From NCBI GenBank assembly GCA_964220215.1, contig CAXPTH010000003.1, forward strand, positions 1 to 64,000: 64,000 nucleotides of DNA, given 5' to 3'. Below the pieces are notes generated by a model, which saw only the letters and a list, made by a program, of their open reading frames with translations, searched no databases and was not told where the DNA came from. The translations under genes and the position numbers were made by a program. Shown here piece by piece: positions 9,231-19,488 of the stretch. The number at the start of each line of letters is the position of its first letter. The first letter of the stretch is position 1. This DNA is from Alteromonas sp. (GTDB taxonomy: Bacteria > Margulisbacteria > Marinamargulisbacteria > UBA6595).

Positions 9231-10196
9231 TTAACACGCAATAATTTTCCCAATATTAACCGCAGCAATCATGCCGTCGGCAATAGCGGGCTGAATTTGT
9301 CGGATCTGTTTGGATCGAATATCGCCAGCGGCGTAAATACCGGGGATATCCGTTCGCATATAATCATCGGTTAAAATAAAGCCTTCTTCATCCAAGGCAA
9401 CCCCAACTCGACAGGTTTCTTCAGATGGAATACGCCCCACGTAAATAAACAAGCCTTTTAAATCCAACCACGTTGTTTGATGATTGTGTAAATTTTCAAC
9501 TTTAATTTTTTCTAATTTATCAATTCCGAATGCTTCAGTCACATGGGTTTGCCACATAATTTGAATTTTGGGATTGTTTAAAATTCGTTTTTTCAAGTAA
9601 CTGACCGATTTCAAACTATCGGATCGGTGAATCATGTAAATCTTTTCGGCAAATTGACTTAAGTAATCAGCCGCATAGCAGGCACAGTTGCCGCCGCCCA
9701 CGACGCCGATGGTTTTGCCTGTATACGAGGACCCATCACAATCGGCAAAATACGAAATGCCACGCCCGGTGAATTGCGATTCAAAATCAGTATTTAAAAG
9801 CTTGGGCTCTAAGCCTGTTGCAATGATAATGTATCGGGTATAGTAACATTCACCCAATTCGGTTACGACTTTTTTCTCAAGACCGTGTTTGTTTTCAATT
9901 GCGTCAACCGAGGCATTGGTGTACGCCAAATTATAATCTAAGATATGCGATTCCATGCGTTTGCCCAACTCTTGCCCAACAATACCGCCAGGAAATCCCA
10001 AAACATTGTGGACTTTAAAGGCGCTGGATACACCACCACCGGGTAAAGCACGCTCAATGATTAACGTTTTTAAGTCTGCACGGGCACAACACACGGCCGC
10101 TGACATGCCAGCAGGGCCAGCCCCAATAATCACCACATCAAATCGTTCATTATGGGTGGGCTTCAGTGAGTCTAAAACAGCTAATGGTTCTAACAT
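9231..10196 (-). CDS. Thioredoxin reductase-like FAD oxidoreductase with an atypical active site (FADC instead of CxxC)
   Basis: IIGAGPAG, IIATG, GRGISYFADCDG, VVGGGN, GIYAAGDI. Confidence 0.85.
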   Translation of the reverse strand: MLEPLAVLDSLKPTHNERFDVVIIGAGPAGMSAAVCCARADLKTLIIERALPGGGVSSAFKVHNVLGFPGGIVGQELGKRMESHILDYNLAYTNASVDAIENKHGLEKKVVTELGECYYTRYIIIATGLEPKLLNTDFESQFTGRGISYFADCDGSSYTGKTIGVVGGGNCACYAADYLSQFAEKIYMIHRSDSLKSVSYLKKRILNNPKIQIMWQTHVTEAFGIDKLEKIKVENLHNHQTTWLDLKGLFIYVGRIPSEETCRVGVALDEEGFILTDDYMRTDIPGIYAAGDIRSKQIRQIQPAIADGMIAAVNIGKIIAC

Positions 10197-10201
10197 ATTG
10201 A

Positions 10202-10555
10202 TTAATCCAGTTGAATAGTAATGGTTGACTTCTCAGATGATATTACACTATTCTCTCTTAATTTAACCATAAAATCCGATCCTTTTAAATGGTTTTGTTT
10301 ATATTGAATGACGGAGTCCCCTGAAAAGTTCACGATATCGGCTAAATAATTGTACTCAATATAGGGCGTTTGAGCTTGAATATCAGCCGCTTCAATGGCC
10401 ACATTGCCAGAAGCTGTAATTATTTTTTTCTTATAATTAACAACAATTAAATCCGCTTCAATGTCTACAGTGCCATAACTCATTCCAACGGCATTCATGA
10501 TCCAGCCAATGATGAGCAGCGTATATAGTGACCGGTTTCTGTTTTTTTGATCCAT
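10202..10555 (-). CDS. OstA/LptA-like beta-jellyroll periplasmic protein
   Basis: N-terminal hydrophobic segment followed by VDIEADLIVVN...ITASGNV...IEYNY; start placed at ATG 10555. Confidence 0.6.
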   Translation of the reverse strand: MDQKNRNRSLYTLLIIGWIMNAVGMSYGTVDIEADLIVVNYKKKIITASGNVAIEAADIQAQTPYIEYNYLADIVNFSGDSVIQYKQNHLKGSDFMVKLRENSVISSEKSTITIQLD

Positions 10556-11613
10556 GATTTTATTTCCAATAGACTTATATAGTGTAGCAAACTTGAAATG
10601 GGAATGCTCGTTTTTTCGCACAAGTCATCCAGAGATAGGCCGGTGTCCATGCCCATGCAACTCAGTATGTGGGCCTCATCGGTGGATAAATCCACGGGTT
10701 TTCGGGTCGGTTCTGTGGATGCGTGTTCAACACGCTTGTCTGGAAACTCCAGGTAGTCGGATAAAATATCGGCACTATGATGCACCAACTTGGCCCCGTC
10801 TTGAATCAGTTGATGGGTACCGATGCTTTTTTCAGAATTAATCGGCCCGGGAACAGCATAGACATTTCGGTTTTGTTCCAACGCCAAATGAGCGGTAATC
10901 ACAGCCCCACTGGCATGCCCTGCTTGTGTTACCAACAACCCTTCGCACAACCCACTAATAATGCGGTTGCGCTGGGGGAATCGGTAGGGGATTGCGGGAA
11001 TCCCCAGGGGCTGCTCGCTCACCCATGCGCCGGTGTCGAGCATGGCTTCAGCAATGCGGCTGTTTTTTTTGGGGTAGATGTCATCCAATCCAATGGCCAG
11101 TACGCCAATTGTGGGAGTGTTGTGCTGCAATGCCGTTTGATGCACATGCGCATCCACGCCTAGGGCCAAGCCCGATACTAAGGTGAAATGGGCGCTGAGG
11201 TCGGCGCACAAACTTTGGGTGGCTTGAATCCCATACATGCTGGGGTGGCGGGTACCGACAACGGCAAACAGCCGATGGTGTAGGGTCTCTGGGTTGCCTT
11301 TGCAATATAAAATTAAGGGTGGGTGATAAATATGAGTCAGCCATTGGGGGTAGTCGGGTGTGTCGTAAACGATGCAGGCAATGCCATGGGCGTTGAGCTG
11401 CTGACGATATGCATCGGCATTCCAGCTGCGATGCCGTTGTAGCCAATAGTGTTTGGTTTTTTCATTGGCTCGGCGGCTGTGAATAAAGGATTCCATGTTG
11501 GCGAGACAGTCGGCATACTCGGGGTATTCGGCCAAGCAGGCGTGCATGGTCGTGGGGGCATCGTGAAAGACCACGTTAAGATTTAAATAATGATCCAGTT
11601 TTTTATCAGTCAC
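10495..11613 (-). CDS. dprA: DNA-processing protein DprA
   Basis: YPQWL..IYHPP, AVVGTR, VSGLALGVD, FPQRNRIISG, LIQDGAK, C-terminal winged-helix-like region. Confidence 0.96.
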   Translation of the reverse strand: MTDKKLDHYLNLNVVFHDAPTTMHACLAEYPEYADCLANMESFIHSRRANEKTKHYWLQRHRSWNADAYRQQLNAHGIACIVYDTPDYPQWLTHIYHPPLILYCKGNPETLHHRLFAVVGTRHPSMYGIQATQSLCADLSAHFTLVSGLALGVDAHVHQTALQHNTPTIGVLAIGLDDIYPKKNSRIAEAMLDTGAWVSEQPLGIPAIPYRFPQRNRIISGLCEGLLVTQAGHASGAVITAHLALEQNRNVYAVPGPINSEKSIGTHQLIQDGAKLVHHSADILSDYLEFPDKRVEHASTEPTRKPVDLSTDEAHILSCMGMDTGLSLDDLCEKTSIPISSLLHYISLLEIKSWIKKTETGHYIRCSSLAGS

Positions 11614-11674
11614 TGCATTTAGTATACTGGCTTTTGGGTTAATTGGCTATGTGCGCGTGGATTTAATACGTGAA

Positions 11675-12829
11675 CTAACGGTGGGACGCCCCTGCAGTGA
11701 CCCATTGCTTAACCCGGTTATCCAGGTCAATAATGGCGTCAATATCATCGGCTGTTTCATGCTGGAAGTGGTCAATCGCTCGGCTGATCCACGGATAAAT
11801 AGCGTCAAACCCAATGGCATGATTTAAAAATTGATACACCGCAGCTTCATTGGCTGCGGTTAAAATGCTGGGTAAAACCCCACCCTGTTTGCCACAGGCA
11901 ATGGCCAAGTCCAACAATGGGAATCGGGTGGTATCCGGTTGCGCAAAGGTCAGGGTATGCTCATGCAAATTCAACGTGGGCCAGGTGGCTCGTTGGGGCT
12001 CCGGGTAGGTCATAGCATATTGAATGGGGATGCGCATATCCGCCGGCCCCACTTGGGCCAAACTCACGCCATCGACAAAATCCACCAAGCTATGCACCAC
12101 ACTTTGCGGATGAATCAGCACGGCTAATTGATCGTAGGCAATATCAAATAAATAATGCGCCTCAATGAGCTCCAAGCCTTTATTCATGAGGGTTGATGAA
12201 TCAATGCTAATTTTCTTTCCCATGGACCATTTTGGGTGCTGAACGGCTTGTTCTGGAGTAACGGACGCCCAATCTAAATCGGGTTGATCCCAGAAAGGCC
12301 CCCCAGATGCGGTTAAGGTCATGCGCCGAACCTGGGTGCTGTCATGATCAACATACGCAAGGCATTGGTGAATGGCCGCATGTTCAGAATCAATGGGCAG
12401 TAGGGGAACCCCATAGTCTCGGGCTGTGCGTTGAATCAAGCTGCCAGCAGAGACCAACACTTCTTTACAGGCCAGTGCAATGGGAATGCGTGCACAAATA
12501 GCCGCATAACTAGCGGCTAAACTCGCCGTTCCGACAATGGCTAAAATTAATAAATCGGCTTGGCATTCTTGCGCCATAGTCGCCAGGGATTCTGGGCCTA
12601 TCAAACACTGCGTTTTTGGGGGCAATTCGGCCGCTATACGGTGAGCCGCTGCCGCATCGGGGACATGCACATACTCGGGTTGAAACGCCAGGCAATCTTG
12701 AATTAATTGCGCAAGATTGCGATGCCCACTGAGACCGACAACCGTAAACTGGTCCGGGTGTTGCCGAACCACATCCAAACTCTGTTGGCCAATGGAGCCG
12801 GTTGCGCCTAGAATACACAACCGTTTCAT
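11675..12829 (-). CDS. dxr: 1-deoxy-D-xylulose-5-phosphate reductoisomerase
   Basis: LGATGSIG, LPIDSEHAAI, TASGGPF, HPKWSMGKKIS, NKGLELIEA; start at ATG 12829. Confidence 0.97.
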   Translation of the reverse strand: MKRLCILGATGSIGQQSLDVVRQHPDQFTVVGLSGHRNLAQLIQDCLAFQPEYVHVPDAAAAHRIAAELPPKTQCLIGPESLATMAQECQADLLILAIVGTASLAASYAAICARIPIALACKEVLVSAGSLIQRTARDYGVPLLPIDSEHAAIHQCLAYVDHDSTQVRRMTLTASGGPFWDQPDLDWASVTPEQAVQHPKWSMGKKISIDSSTLMNKGLELIEAHYLFDIAYDQLAVLIHPQSVVHSLVDFVDGVSLAQVGPADMRIPIQYAMTYPEPQRATWPTLNLHEHTLTFAQPDTTRFPLLDLAIACGKQGGVLPSILTAANEAAVYQFLNHAIGFDAIYPWISRAIDHFQHETADDIDAIIDLDNRVKQWVTAGASHR

Positions 12830-13620
12830 AGACTCGTTAAAACAACACAAAGATACAATGCCGATGCGCTAAATAGAAGGCTGTCCATACGATCATAAAC
12901 ACCCCCATGACCGGGAATAATCGCAGACGAATCTTTGATCTTGCAATAGCGCTTGATTAACGACTCATGCAAATCCCCAAGCTGAGCACAAACAATAGCA
13001 ATGGGCGTCATCCAAATGATTGTATTGGGTAAGGGAATGTGGCCATGCAATAGCGCAACCAACCCCGTTAATAGGATTAACGGGCCCACTGCGCCCGCAA
13101 TGGTTTTGCCCGGGCTAATGCGAGGGGCTAATTTCCGCTTGCCCATTGTTTTGCCAATGAATAACCCCAAACTATCCGTTAACCAGGTTAAGGCCAGGGC
13201 TAGGCAAACCCACAGGGCTCCATGGGGTAGCGCACGCAGGGCAATGAGACTAAATAGCAATACAGCAATGGTTACAGGGATTCGAATTTGATGCACACGA
13301 TAGCGATGGGCGGCGAATAACTGGCCACGTGCCAATTCAATGAATAGGATCCCCAATACGCTGATTAGTAGGCCGGCATACAGCATGTGCGGCAGGATGC
13401 TGATGCTGCTATAGTGTCCAATAATCCAACAAGCAAACAGGCTGTGTCCCAGCCAGTGCGATGCTGTGATGGAAAATGTGTGATCAATCATTGCGTAATA
13501 TTCTTTGAGTATCAAATGGCCCACGCCTAAGACACACACGGTTGCAATCCATCCACCCGTGTAGACAATGAATAAGGCCAATGGAATCAGGATTGCGGCA
13601 GCTATAATCCGAGTTATCAT
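12826..13620 (-). CDS. cdsA: Phosphatidate cytidylyltransferase
   Basis: ISPGKT, GDLHESLIKR..IKDSSAIIPGHGGVYDRMDS; synteny. Confidence 0.95.
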   Translation of the reverse strand: MITRIIAAAILIPLALFIVYTGGWIATVCVLGVGHLILKEYYAMIDHTFSITASHWLGHSLFACWIIGHYSSISILPHMLYAGLLISVLGILFIELARGQLFAAHRYRVHQIRIPVTIAVLLFSLIALRALPHGALWVCLALALTWLTDSLGLFIGKTMGKRKLAPRISPGKTIAGAVGPLILLTGLVALLHGHIPLPNTIIWMTPIAIVCAQLGDLHESLIKRYCKIKDSSAIIPGHGGVYDRMDSLLFSASALYLCVVLTSL

Positions 13621-13623
13621 AGG

Positions 13624-14325
13624 CTATTCTCCAAAATTGCGTTGACGACTCTTGTAAGCATCCAAAACGTTGGCCAAATGCTCAGGGGCAAAATCAGGCC
13701 ATAAGATTGGCAAAAAAAACAATTCGCTGTAGGCACATTGCCACAACATAAAATTGCTGAGTCGAATATTGGTATCGCCGCCAGTTCGAATTAAAATATC
13801 GGGTGCTGGCATTGTCTCGGTGTACAAATGGTCTTGAATCGTTTGTGGGGTAATGGCTTCAGGGGCTAAATCACCGGCATGAACTGTTCGGGCAATGCGT
13901 TGGCAGGCATGGGTAATTTCTTCATGAGCCCCATAATTAATCATAATATTTAAATTAAGCGTTGTGTGATGCTGCGTTTTTTCATGGGCCGTGGCAATGG
14001 TCGATTGCAAGGATTTGGGTAGGGCGGATAAATTGCCCAAACAACGGACACGAATATCGTTTTGGCAGGCTGTTTTGACATGCTCATTGAGCACATGTTC
14101 CATTAACGTCATCAAAAATTTGATTTGAGATTGCGGGCGCTTCCAATTTTCAGTTGAAAATACGTATGCACTTAAATACGCAATGCCTTGTTCAATGCAG
14201 GCATCGATCGTATTTTGGAAGGCTTTTGCCCCTGCACGGTGCCCATCGTGTTCACTGTGCCCATTGGCGGTGGCCCATCGGCGGTTTCCATCCATAATAA
14301 CCGCAATATGTGCCGGTGAATGCAT
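13624..14325 (-). CDS. uppS: Undecaprenyl diphosphate synthase
   Basis: HIAVIMDGNRRWA, FSTENWKR, RLSNFMLWQ. Confidence 0.97.
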   Translation of the reverse strand: MHSPAHIAVIMDGNRRWATANGHSEHDGHRAGAKAFQNTIDACIEQGIAYLSAYVFSTENWKRPQSQIKFLMTLMEHVLNEHVKTACQNDIRVRCLGNLSALPKSLQSTIATAHEKTQHHTTLNLNIMINYGAHEEITHACQRIARTVHAGDLAPEAITPQTIQDHLYTETMPAPDILIRTGGDTNIRLSNFMLWQCAYSELFFLPILWPDFAPEHLANVLDAYKSRQRNFGE

Positions 14326-14327
14326 GA

Positions 14328-14861
14328 CTAAACAGTCGTTAACGCCTCAACTTTTTTATCTAGAGCGGTATTGATGGTTTGATTAAATCGCTCGGTCGTT
14401 TTTTGAATGCGCTGCTCTTCTTGTTTTTTGTCATCATCCGATAAGTCTGAATTTTTCTTGATATCGTCCATAGCGGATCGACGGAGATTTCGAACACCGA
14501 TTCGGGCCTCTTCAGCCAATTGGTTAACCTGCTTCACCAGTTGACTGCGTCGCTCAGCAGTCAAAGGCGGAACTTTTAATAGGATACTGGTTCCATCCAC
14601 GTGGGGATTAATGCCTAAGGATGACATAACCAAAGCTTTTTCAATCGCTTCAACTGCGCTTTTATCAAACACTTGCAAGGACAAGGTTGTCGAATCCGGA
14701 ACAGAAATGCTGGCCAATTGTTTCAATGGGGTAGGCGCACCATAGTAATCCACCACAATGCCGTCCAATAAATCAGGCGATGTGCGGTTGGTCCGAACCG
14801 ACTTGAACCGCGTGATAAGATTATCCACACATTTATTTAATTTTTGTTCAAACTCGCTCAT
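14328..14861 (-). CDS. frr: Ribosome recycling factor
   Basis: [22 protein letters not shown]; synteny with pyrH. Confidence 0.96.
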   Translation of the reverse strand: MSEFEQKLNKCVDNLITRFKSVRTNRTSPDLLDGIVVDYYGAPTPLKQLASISVPDSTTLSLQVFDKSAVEAIEKALVMSSLGINPHVDGTSILLKVPPLTAERRSQLVKQVNQLAEEARIGVRNLRRSAMDDIKKNSDLSDDDKKQEEQRIQKTTERFNQTINTALDKKVEALTTV

Positions 14862-15577
14862 TCAGTACTCCCAACTAGGCTGCCAATTTTATGACCCAAA
14901 ATAATATTTTGAATATGATTCTCTTCGGTTAGTTTAAATACAATGGTTGGAATATTATTATCCATACTCAGGGACAATGCCGTGCTGTCCATGACTTTTA
15001 ACTCTTTTTGCAAAGCATCCATATAGGAAATTGATTCAAATTTTTTGGCATCGTCATATTTAACCGGGTCTTTATCATAAACCCCATTTACTTGCGTTGC
15101 TTTTAATATAACATCGGCTTTGATTTCTGCTGCACGTAAGGCGGCTGTCGTATCGGTTGTAAAGTAAGGATTCCCAGTTCCACCACAAAAAATAACCACT
15201 CGGTTTTTTTCAAAATGACGCAAGGCTCGACGCAACACAAAGGGCTCGGCAATTTCAGTCACTTCCAAGGAACTTTGCAACCGTGTGCTTACCCCACTTT
15301 TCTCTAAGGCATCTTGCAAGGCAATGCCATTCATGACAGTGGCCAACATGCCGCTGTAATCGGCCGCAACACGATCCATGCCCTGGGCAGAGGCAGACAT
15401 GCCTCTAAAAATATTGCCGCCACCAATGACGATGCCAATGTCAGCCCCGAGTTCGTGCCCTTTTTTGATTTCATTGGCAATGAACATTAAAAAATGCGGA
15501 TCAATCCCATAGCTGCGGGATCCTTTGAAGGCTTCGCCACTGAGTTTGAGTAAAATTCGTTTGTAAGTTATTGACAT
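14858..15577 (-). CDS. pyrH: UMP kinase
   Basis: [35 protein letters not shown]. Confidence 0.98.
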   Translation of the reverse strand: MSITYKRILLKLSGEAFKGSRSYGIDPHFLMFIANEIKKGHELGADIGIVIGGGNIFRGMSASAQGMDRVAADYSGMLATVMNGIALQDALEKSGVSTRLQSSLEVTEIAEPFVLRRALRHFEKNRVVIFCGGTGNPYFTTDTTAALRAAEIKADVILKATQVNGVYDKDPVKYDDAKKFESISYMDALQKELKVMDSTALSLSMDNNIPTIVFKLTEENHIQNIILGHKIGSLVGSTE

Positions 15578-15596
15578 GTGTTTACTAAAGTGTAGC

Positions 15597-15626
15597 TTGA
15601 ATGTTCAAATTCATCAACGGTATGAT
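15597..15626 (+). promoter_or_regulatory. sigma70-like promoter of lpxB (TTGAAT-18-TATGAT), 6 nt before the ATG
   Basis: TTGAAT at 15597-15602, TATGAT at 15621-15626, ATG at 15633; no SD in between. Confidence 0.55.
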
Positions 15627-15632
15627 TGATGT

Positions 15633-16823
15633 ATGAGCCATCAATCGCCCAATATTTTCATCAGTGCCGGCGAAATATCCGGTGATTTGCATGCCGCTGA
15701 ATTGGTCAAGGCGTTGAAAACCCACATGCCACAGGCTCAATTTTTTGGGATGGGGGATTCCGCAATGGCCGACGCAGGGGTGGAATTGTTGGCCACGATT
15801 CGGGATCATAGTGCCATTGGCATGTGGCAGTCGGTGCGTGAACTAACCCGGGTTCGTCGAACCATTCGGGACCTTACGGCCATCATTAAAACCCAGCGGC
15901 CGGATTATATTATTGTGGTGGATTGCGAGGCCATTCATGTGCCATTGTTGCGTGCGGTTCAGGATCTTAATATTCCCAACTGTTACTACATATCGCCTCA
16001 AATATGGTGGACACGCAATCGGCATGACCAACACCAAATAGCGACACGTGTAATGGCTGTGACGGATCATATTTTGGCCATTTTTAAAGCCGAAGCCGAC
16101 GTGTACACCCACTTGGGGCATCCATCAGTTCAGTATATTGGCCATCCGTTGTTGGACATGGCGCATGCGACGCAATCCAAAGCAGACGCCTATGCGCTGT
16201 TGGGGCTTTCACTAGACCGTCCTATTATTGGGGTGTTTCCAGGGTCCCGATGGCAAGAAATTAAATCCACGTATTCCCACCTGATTCAAGCGGCACAGGC
16301 CGTGGTTCAGCGTGGGGTTTCCGCCCACATTGTGGTGGTATTGCGGTCGGCAAAGTATGCAGCCTATATTCGAAAAAACACGCCCGATGGGATACACATC
16401 TATACGGGCGATTCCTACGGGATTATTCCGCATCTGACGGCATCGTTGGTATTGTCTGGCACGGTAACGTTGGAGCATGCCTTATTTCAGGTTCCGATGG
16501 TGGTTGCGTATCGGTTTGGCCCCCTGATAACCTTATTTATTCGGCTCTGGCTACGGGTCAAGTCGATTCAGCTGCGTTGGGTATCCTTGCCTAATCTAAT
16601 GCTGCAACAACCCGTGGTCCCGGAATGCCTGCAACGCCAAGCGACAGTGTCTAATTTAGCGCACGAACTGTATCAATTGTGCGATCCACAGTATCCGGTT
16701 GAGCAAAACCCATATCGGCAACGACAACGGCATGGGTTTCAAACAATCAAAGCCTATATGGGACCAGCCGGCGCTGTCAATCGAGCTGCGGGGTTACTTG
16801 CCAGCTGGATTAACGCCAGTTAA
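15633..16823 (+). CDS. lpxB: Lipid-A-disaccharide synthase
   Basis: SAGEISGDLHAA, YYISPQIW, YIGHPL, FPGSR, SGTVTLE, VSLPNL. Confidence 0.93.
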   Translation: MSHQSPNIFISAGEISGDLHAAELVKALKTHMPQAQFFGMGDSAMADAGVELLATIRDHSAIGMWQSVRELTRVRRTIRDLTAIIKTQRPDYIIVVDCEAIHVPLLRAVQDLNIPNCYYISPQIWWTRNRHDQHQIATRVMAVTDHILAIFKAEADVYTHLGHPSVQYIGHPLLDMAHATQSKADAYALLGLSLDRPIIGVFPGSRWQEIKSTYSHLIQAAQAVVQRGVSAHIVVVLRSAKYAAYIRKNTPDGIHIYTGDSYGIIPHLTASLVLSGTVTLEHALFQVPMVVAYRFGPLITLFIRLWLRVKSIQLRWVSLPNLMLQQPVVPECLQRQATVSNLAHELYQLCDPQYPVEQNPYRQRQRHGFQTIKAYMGPAGAVNRAAGLLASWINAS

Positions 16824-18091
16824 AAGTTTGATTGAATCCATCCGGTTTGGCCTGTTCCCAATTGTATTTGTTGCCAATTTCCGTTGGGTTTTTTGTAATA
16901 AACGGGTAGATCCCGGTGCAGCATAAACAATGCCGTTTGGCTATCTTTATGCGCATAAAAAGCGGTCCGTTCGGCGTCAAGCAGGACAATCGGGTACGGG
17001 TATAGGGTAAAATAGGCAATCCAAACGCCTACATGCATTCCCAGCCATAGCCATAGCAGTCGATGGCGTTGATAGGCATAGGCAATCCCGGCTAGCCCTG
17101 CACTGAAAAATAGCAACGCAAGCCACTCATACCGACCCAATCGCCGTGGTGGGCTTGGAAATAAGTGGCGATCCGGATGGGTCTGAATGAGGCTTGCCCA
17201 GCGATGGTGCCGATCGGTATCGCGGGGATGTAACTGCAGTTCTTTCCAAAGATTGGGGATTGATTCGGTGGTTTGTTCTTGCCGAATGACAGCGGCATTG
17301 GGGCTATGCTCATCGTATACGGTGACATAGCGTTTGGGGGCTTCGAGCCATTGGTAATGCCCGCTTTTTGGGTCTAATGTCCATAACTGAATGGCCGGAA
17401 GTGGAAAATCGCCACTCCGGTTGGGGATAAAAATATAGGATAATCGATGCGTTTGCACCCATGGATCCTCGGTTGTTTCTGTTTCATGGCTGTCTAAGTA
17501 ATGCCGGAATACGTGACTGCGCCCAATACGAATGGATTGGATCGTCAAATTCCCGGTTGCATGAATAATAATGGGGACGGCAATGGGGGCGTTGGCCACA
17601 ACATCGTAGGTCACACGAGGGGCATCCAACCAAAACTGCCCCACACTAACGGGGTGGGTAACACGGGTGCTTGGGGGCGCTTTAACCATGAGAACGGTTG
17701 GGTTGGATACATGGGGGCGTTCGGCATAACTGACAGCTGGTGGAATTGTAATCGGACCGGCATGTTGCGGCAGAAGCTTGAGCTTCATGCGCGTGTATAC
17801 ATAGTATCGGGTTTGGTTGCGGTACTCGATACTGGGGTGATCGGGCAATGCCTGGGATTCGCTCCATAGGGATGCGGTGGGAATGTGTGGGGATTCAAGT
17901 GTTGCATAATTGGGCGCAATGCTGGTTCGGTATTCCAAGACCGTATAAATGAGCGGTTCTCCAACAATGGGCGTGGTTTGATTGACCGTTGCGACTAACA
18001 TCACGGGCGGGTTTGGGTTCATCGGATGCGCCCACTCTGCCCATGAACTGCTGCCAATCATCAGGAACCAAATAGTGGCTAAAATTACCAC
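16820..18091 (-). CDS. BatD-like exported protein
   Basis: Signal peptide, beta-rich repeats (VGEP..YTV, VGQF, GDFPLPAI), C-terminal TM segments and SH3-like tail (TGWI); lies in the vWA cluster. Confidence 0.6.
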   Translation of the reverse strand: MVILATIWFLMIGSSSWAEWAHPMNPNPPVMLVATVNQTTPIVGEPLIYTVLEYRTSIAPNYATLESPHIPTASLWSESQALPDHPSIEYRNQTRYYVYTRMKLKLLPQHAGPITIPPAVSYAERPHVSNPTVLMVKAPPSTRVTHPVSVGQFWLDAPRVTYDVVANAPIAVPIIIHATGNLTIQSIRIGRSHVFRHYLDSHETETTEDPWVQTHRLSYIFIPNRSGDFPLPAIQLWTLDPKSGHYQWLEAPKRYVTVYDEHSPNAAVIRQEQTTESIPNLWKELQLHPRDTDRHHRWASLIQTHPDRHLFPSPPRRLGRYEWLALLFFSAGLAGIAYAYQRHRLLWLWLGMHVGVWIAYFTLYPYPIVLLDAERTAFYAHKDSQTALFMLHRDLPVYYKKPNGNWQQIQLGTGQTGWIQSNF

Positions 18092-19488
18092 GTGCGCCCC
18101 TCCAATTGTATGGATGGTGTGGGCGTCTGATTGTAATTTTGATAGTTGCTGGTGTCGATGGCTTCAATCGATTGCCACGATGCCGGTAGTGGCATTGGCC
18201 CAATATTCGTATGAGTCCTGGTTAATGGTTCTGGTGGATAGGTTTTGACGGTGGCATTGTTGCGATACGCATGCTCAAATAACACGCGGGCAGACTCGTG
18301 CAAGGGGTTCTGGATAATCAGTGGTTTGAGCAGTGTCATCGCCGTGTCAAATTGGCCCATCATATACAGCGAAATAGCCTGCTCATATACTGAATGGCTA
18401 TGCGCAAAGGCTTGGGCTGCTTGGGCATATTCCCCCCGTGCTTGATGCAATTTTCCACGGTTAAACCATAGCCAATCTGGTGACGTGCCTGAGGGATCGG
18501 CCATTGTCTGGATCTGACGCATAGCCAGCGATGGGTTGTTCTGTCGCCAGGCTAGTTTGGCTTCATGATTGTGCCAGTGGCTGGGAAGTGATGCAAAGGC
18601 AGTGGTGTGCACCAGCAGTACCAGCAGTATCCAAGGCCGTGAATACAGGAAGGGAACCAGCAACAATCCAACCCCAATAATGAGGATAGGCATGGGGTTG
18701 ATGGGGGCAGGGGATGTCTGGGTGGGGCCACGCATTTGCATAATGTGTGTGTATACACGTTGGGGAATAGCTGGGGTTTTGGTGGCTTCCAAATAATGCC
18801 CCTGGGTTTGCTCAGCAATGCCCATGAGGGTGTCTCGGTTTAATTTTGATAAAATGATCGCCCCATTTTCTTTTTCAAAGCCACCGGATAATTTGGGAAC
18901 CGGATCGCCATCCAGAGACCCCATGCCAATGCTGATGATGCGCATGTTTAATTGGTTTGCATAAAATAGCATGCGGTAGGCATCGCCAGCGGTGCTGTCT
19001 CCATCACTCCAGATCACTAAAACAGGGTCGCTCGATTGGTTTAAAAACCCCCGATAGGCCGCTAAAATAGCATCAGACAATCGGCTACCGGGCCAATCAT
19101 ACAGTGGGGATATTGACGCAATACGTTGCTGGACACTGGCTAAATCTTGGGTTAAGGGGCAGGTGATTCGCGCGTCGCCGGCAAACTGAATAATGCCCAG
19201 CCGGTAATTGCCCAATAGACGCGCCAATTCCGTCGCCTGTTGCTTGGCGACAGCCAGTCGATTGGGGTGTACATCTTGGGCCATCATGCTGGTTGAGCTA
19301 TCAATGGCGAAGTAAATATCGGGGTGACGCAGTGGCTGTATGGGGGTGTGTGGGGGCTGAAGCGCATAGACAAGCAGCCCAATAGCGACGCAAATTAATC
19401 CCAAACACTGAGTTAATAATGGCCCCATGGGCGCCTCCATTGAATGAATACGCTCAGAATAGCGATGCCGGCTCCGATGCCCAGGCAA
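18085..19488 (-). CDS. BatB/BatC-like vWA + TPR membrane protein (start probably 19428-19440)
   Basis: FAIDSSTSMMAQDVHPNRL, FAGDA..CPLTQD, WSDGD, C-terminal TPR (WFNRGK..ARGEY). Confidence 0.8.
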   Translation of the reverse strand: MPGHRSRHRYSERIHSMEAPMGPLLTQCLGLICVAIGLLVYALQPPHTPIQPLRHPDIYFAIDSSTSMMAQDVHPNRLAVAKQQATELARLLGNYRLGIIQFAGDARITCPLTQDLASVQQRIASISPLYDWPGSRLSDAILAAYRGFLNQSSDPVLVIWSDGDSTAGDAYRMLFYANQLNMRIISIGMGSLDGDPVPKLSGGFEKENGAIILSKLNRDTLMGIAEQTQGHYLEATKTPAIPQRVYTHIMQMRGPTQTSPAPINPMPILIIGVGLLLVPFLYSRPWILLVLLVHTTAFASLPSHWHNHEAKLAWRQNNPSLAMRQIQTMADPSGTSPDWLWFNRGKLHQARGEYAQAAQAFAHSHSVYEQAISLYMMGQFDTAMTLLKPLIIQNPLHESARVLFEHAYRNNATVKTYPPEPLTRTHTNIGPMPLPASWQSIEAIDTSNYQNYNQTPTPSIQLEGRTW

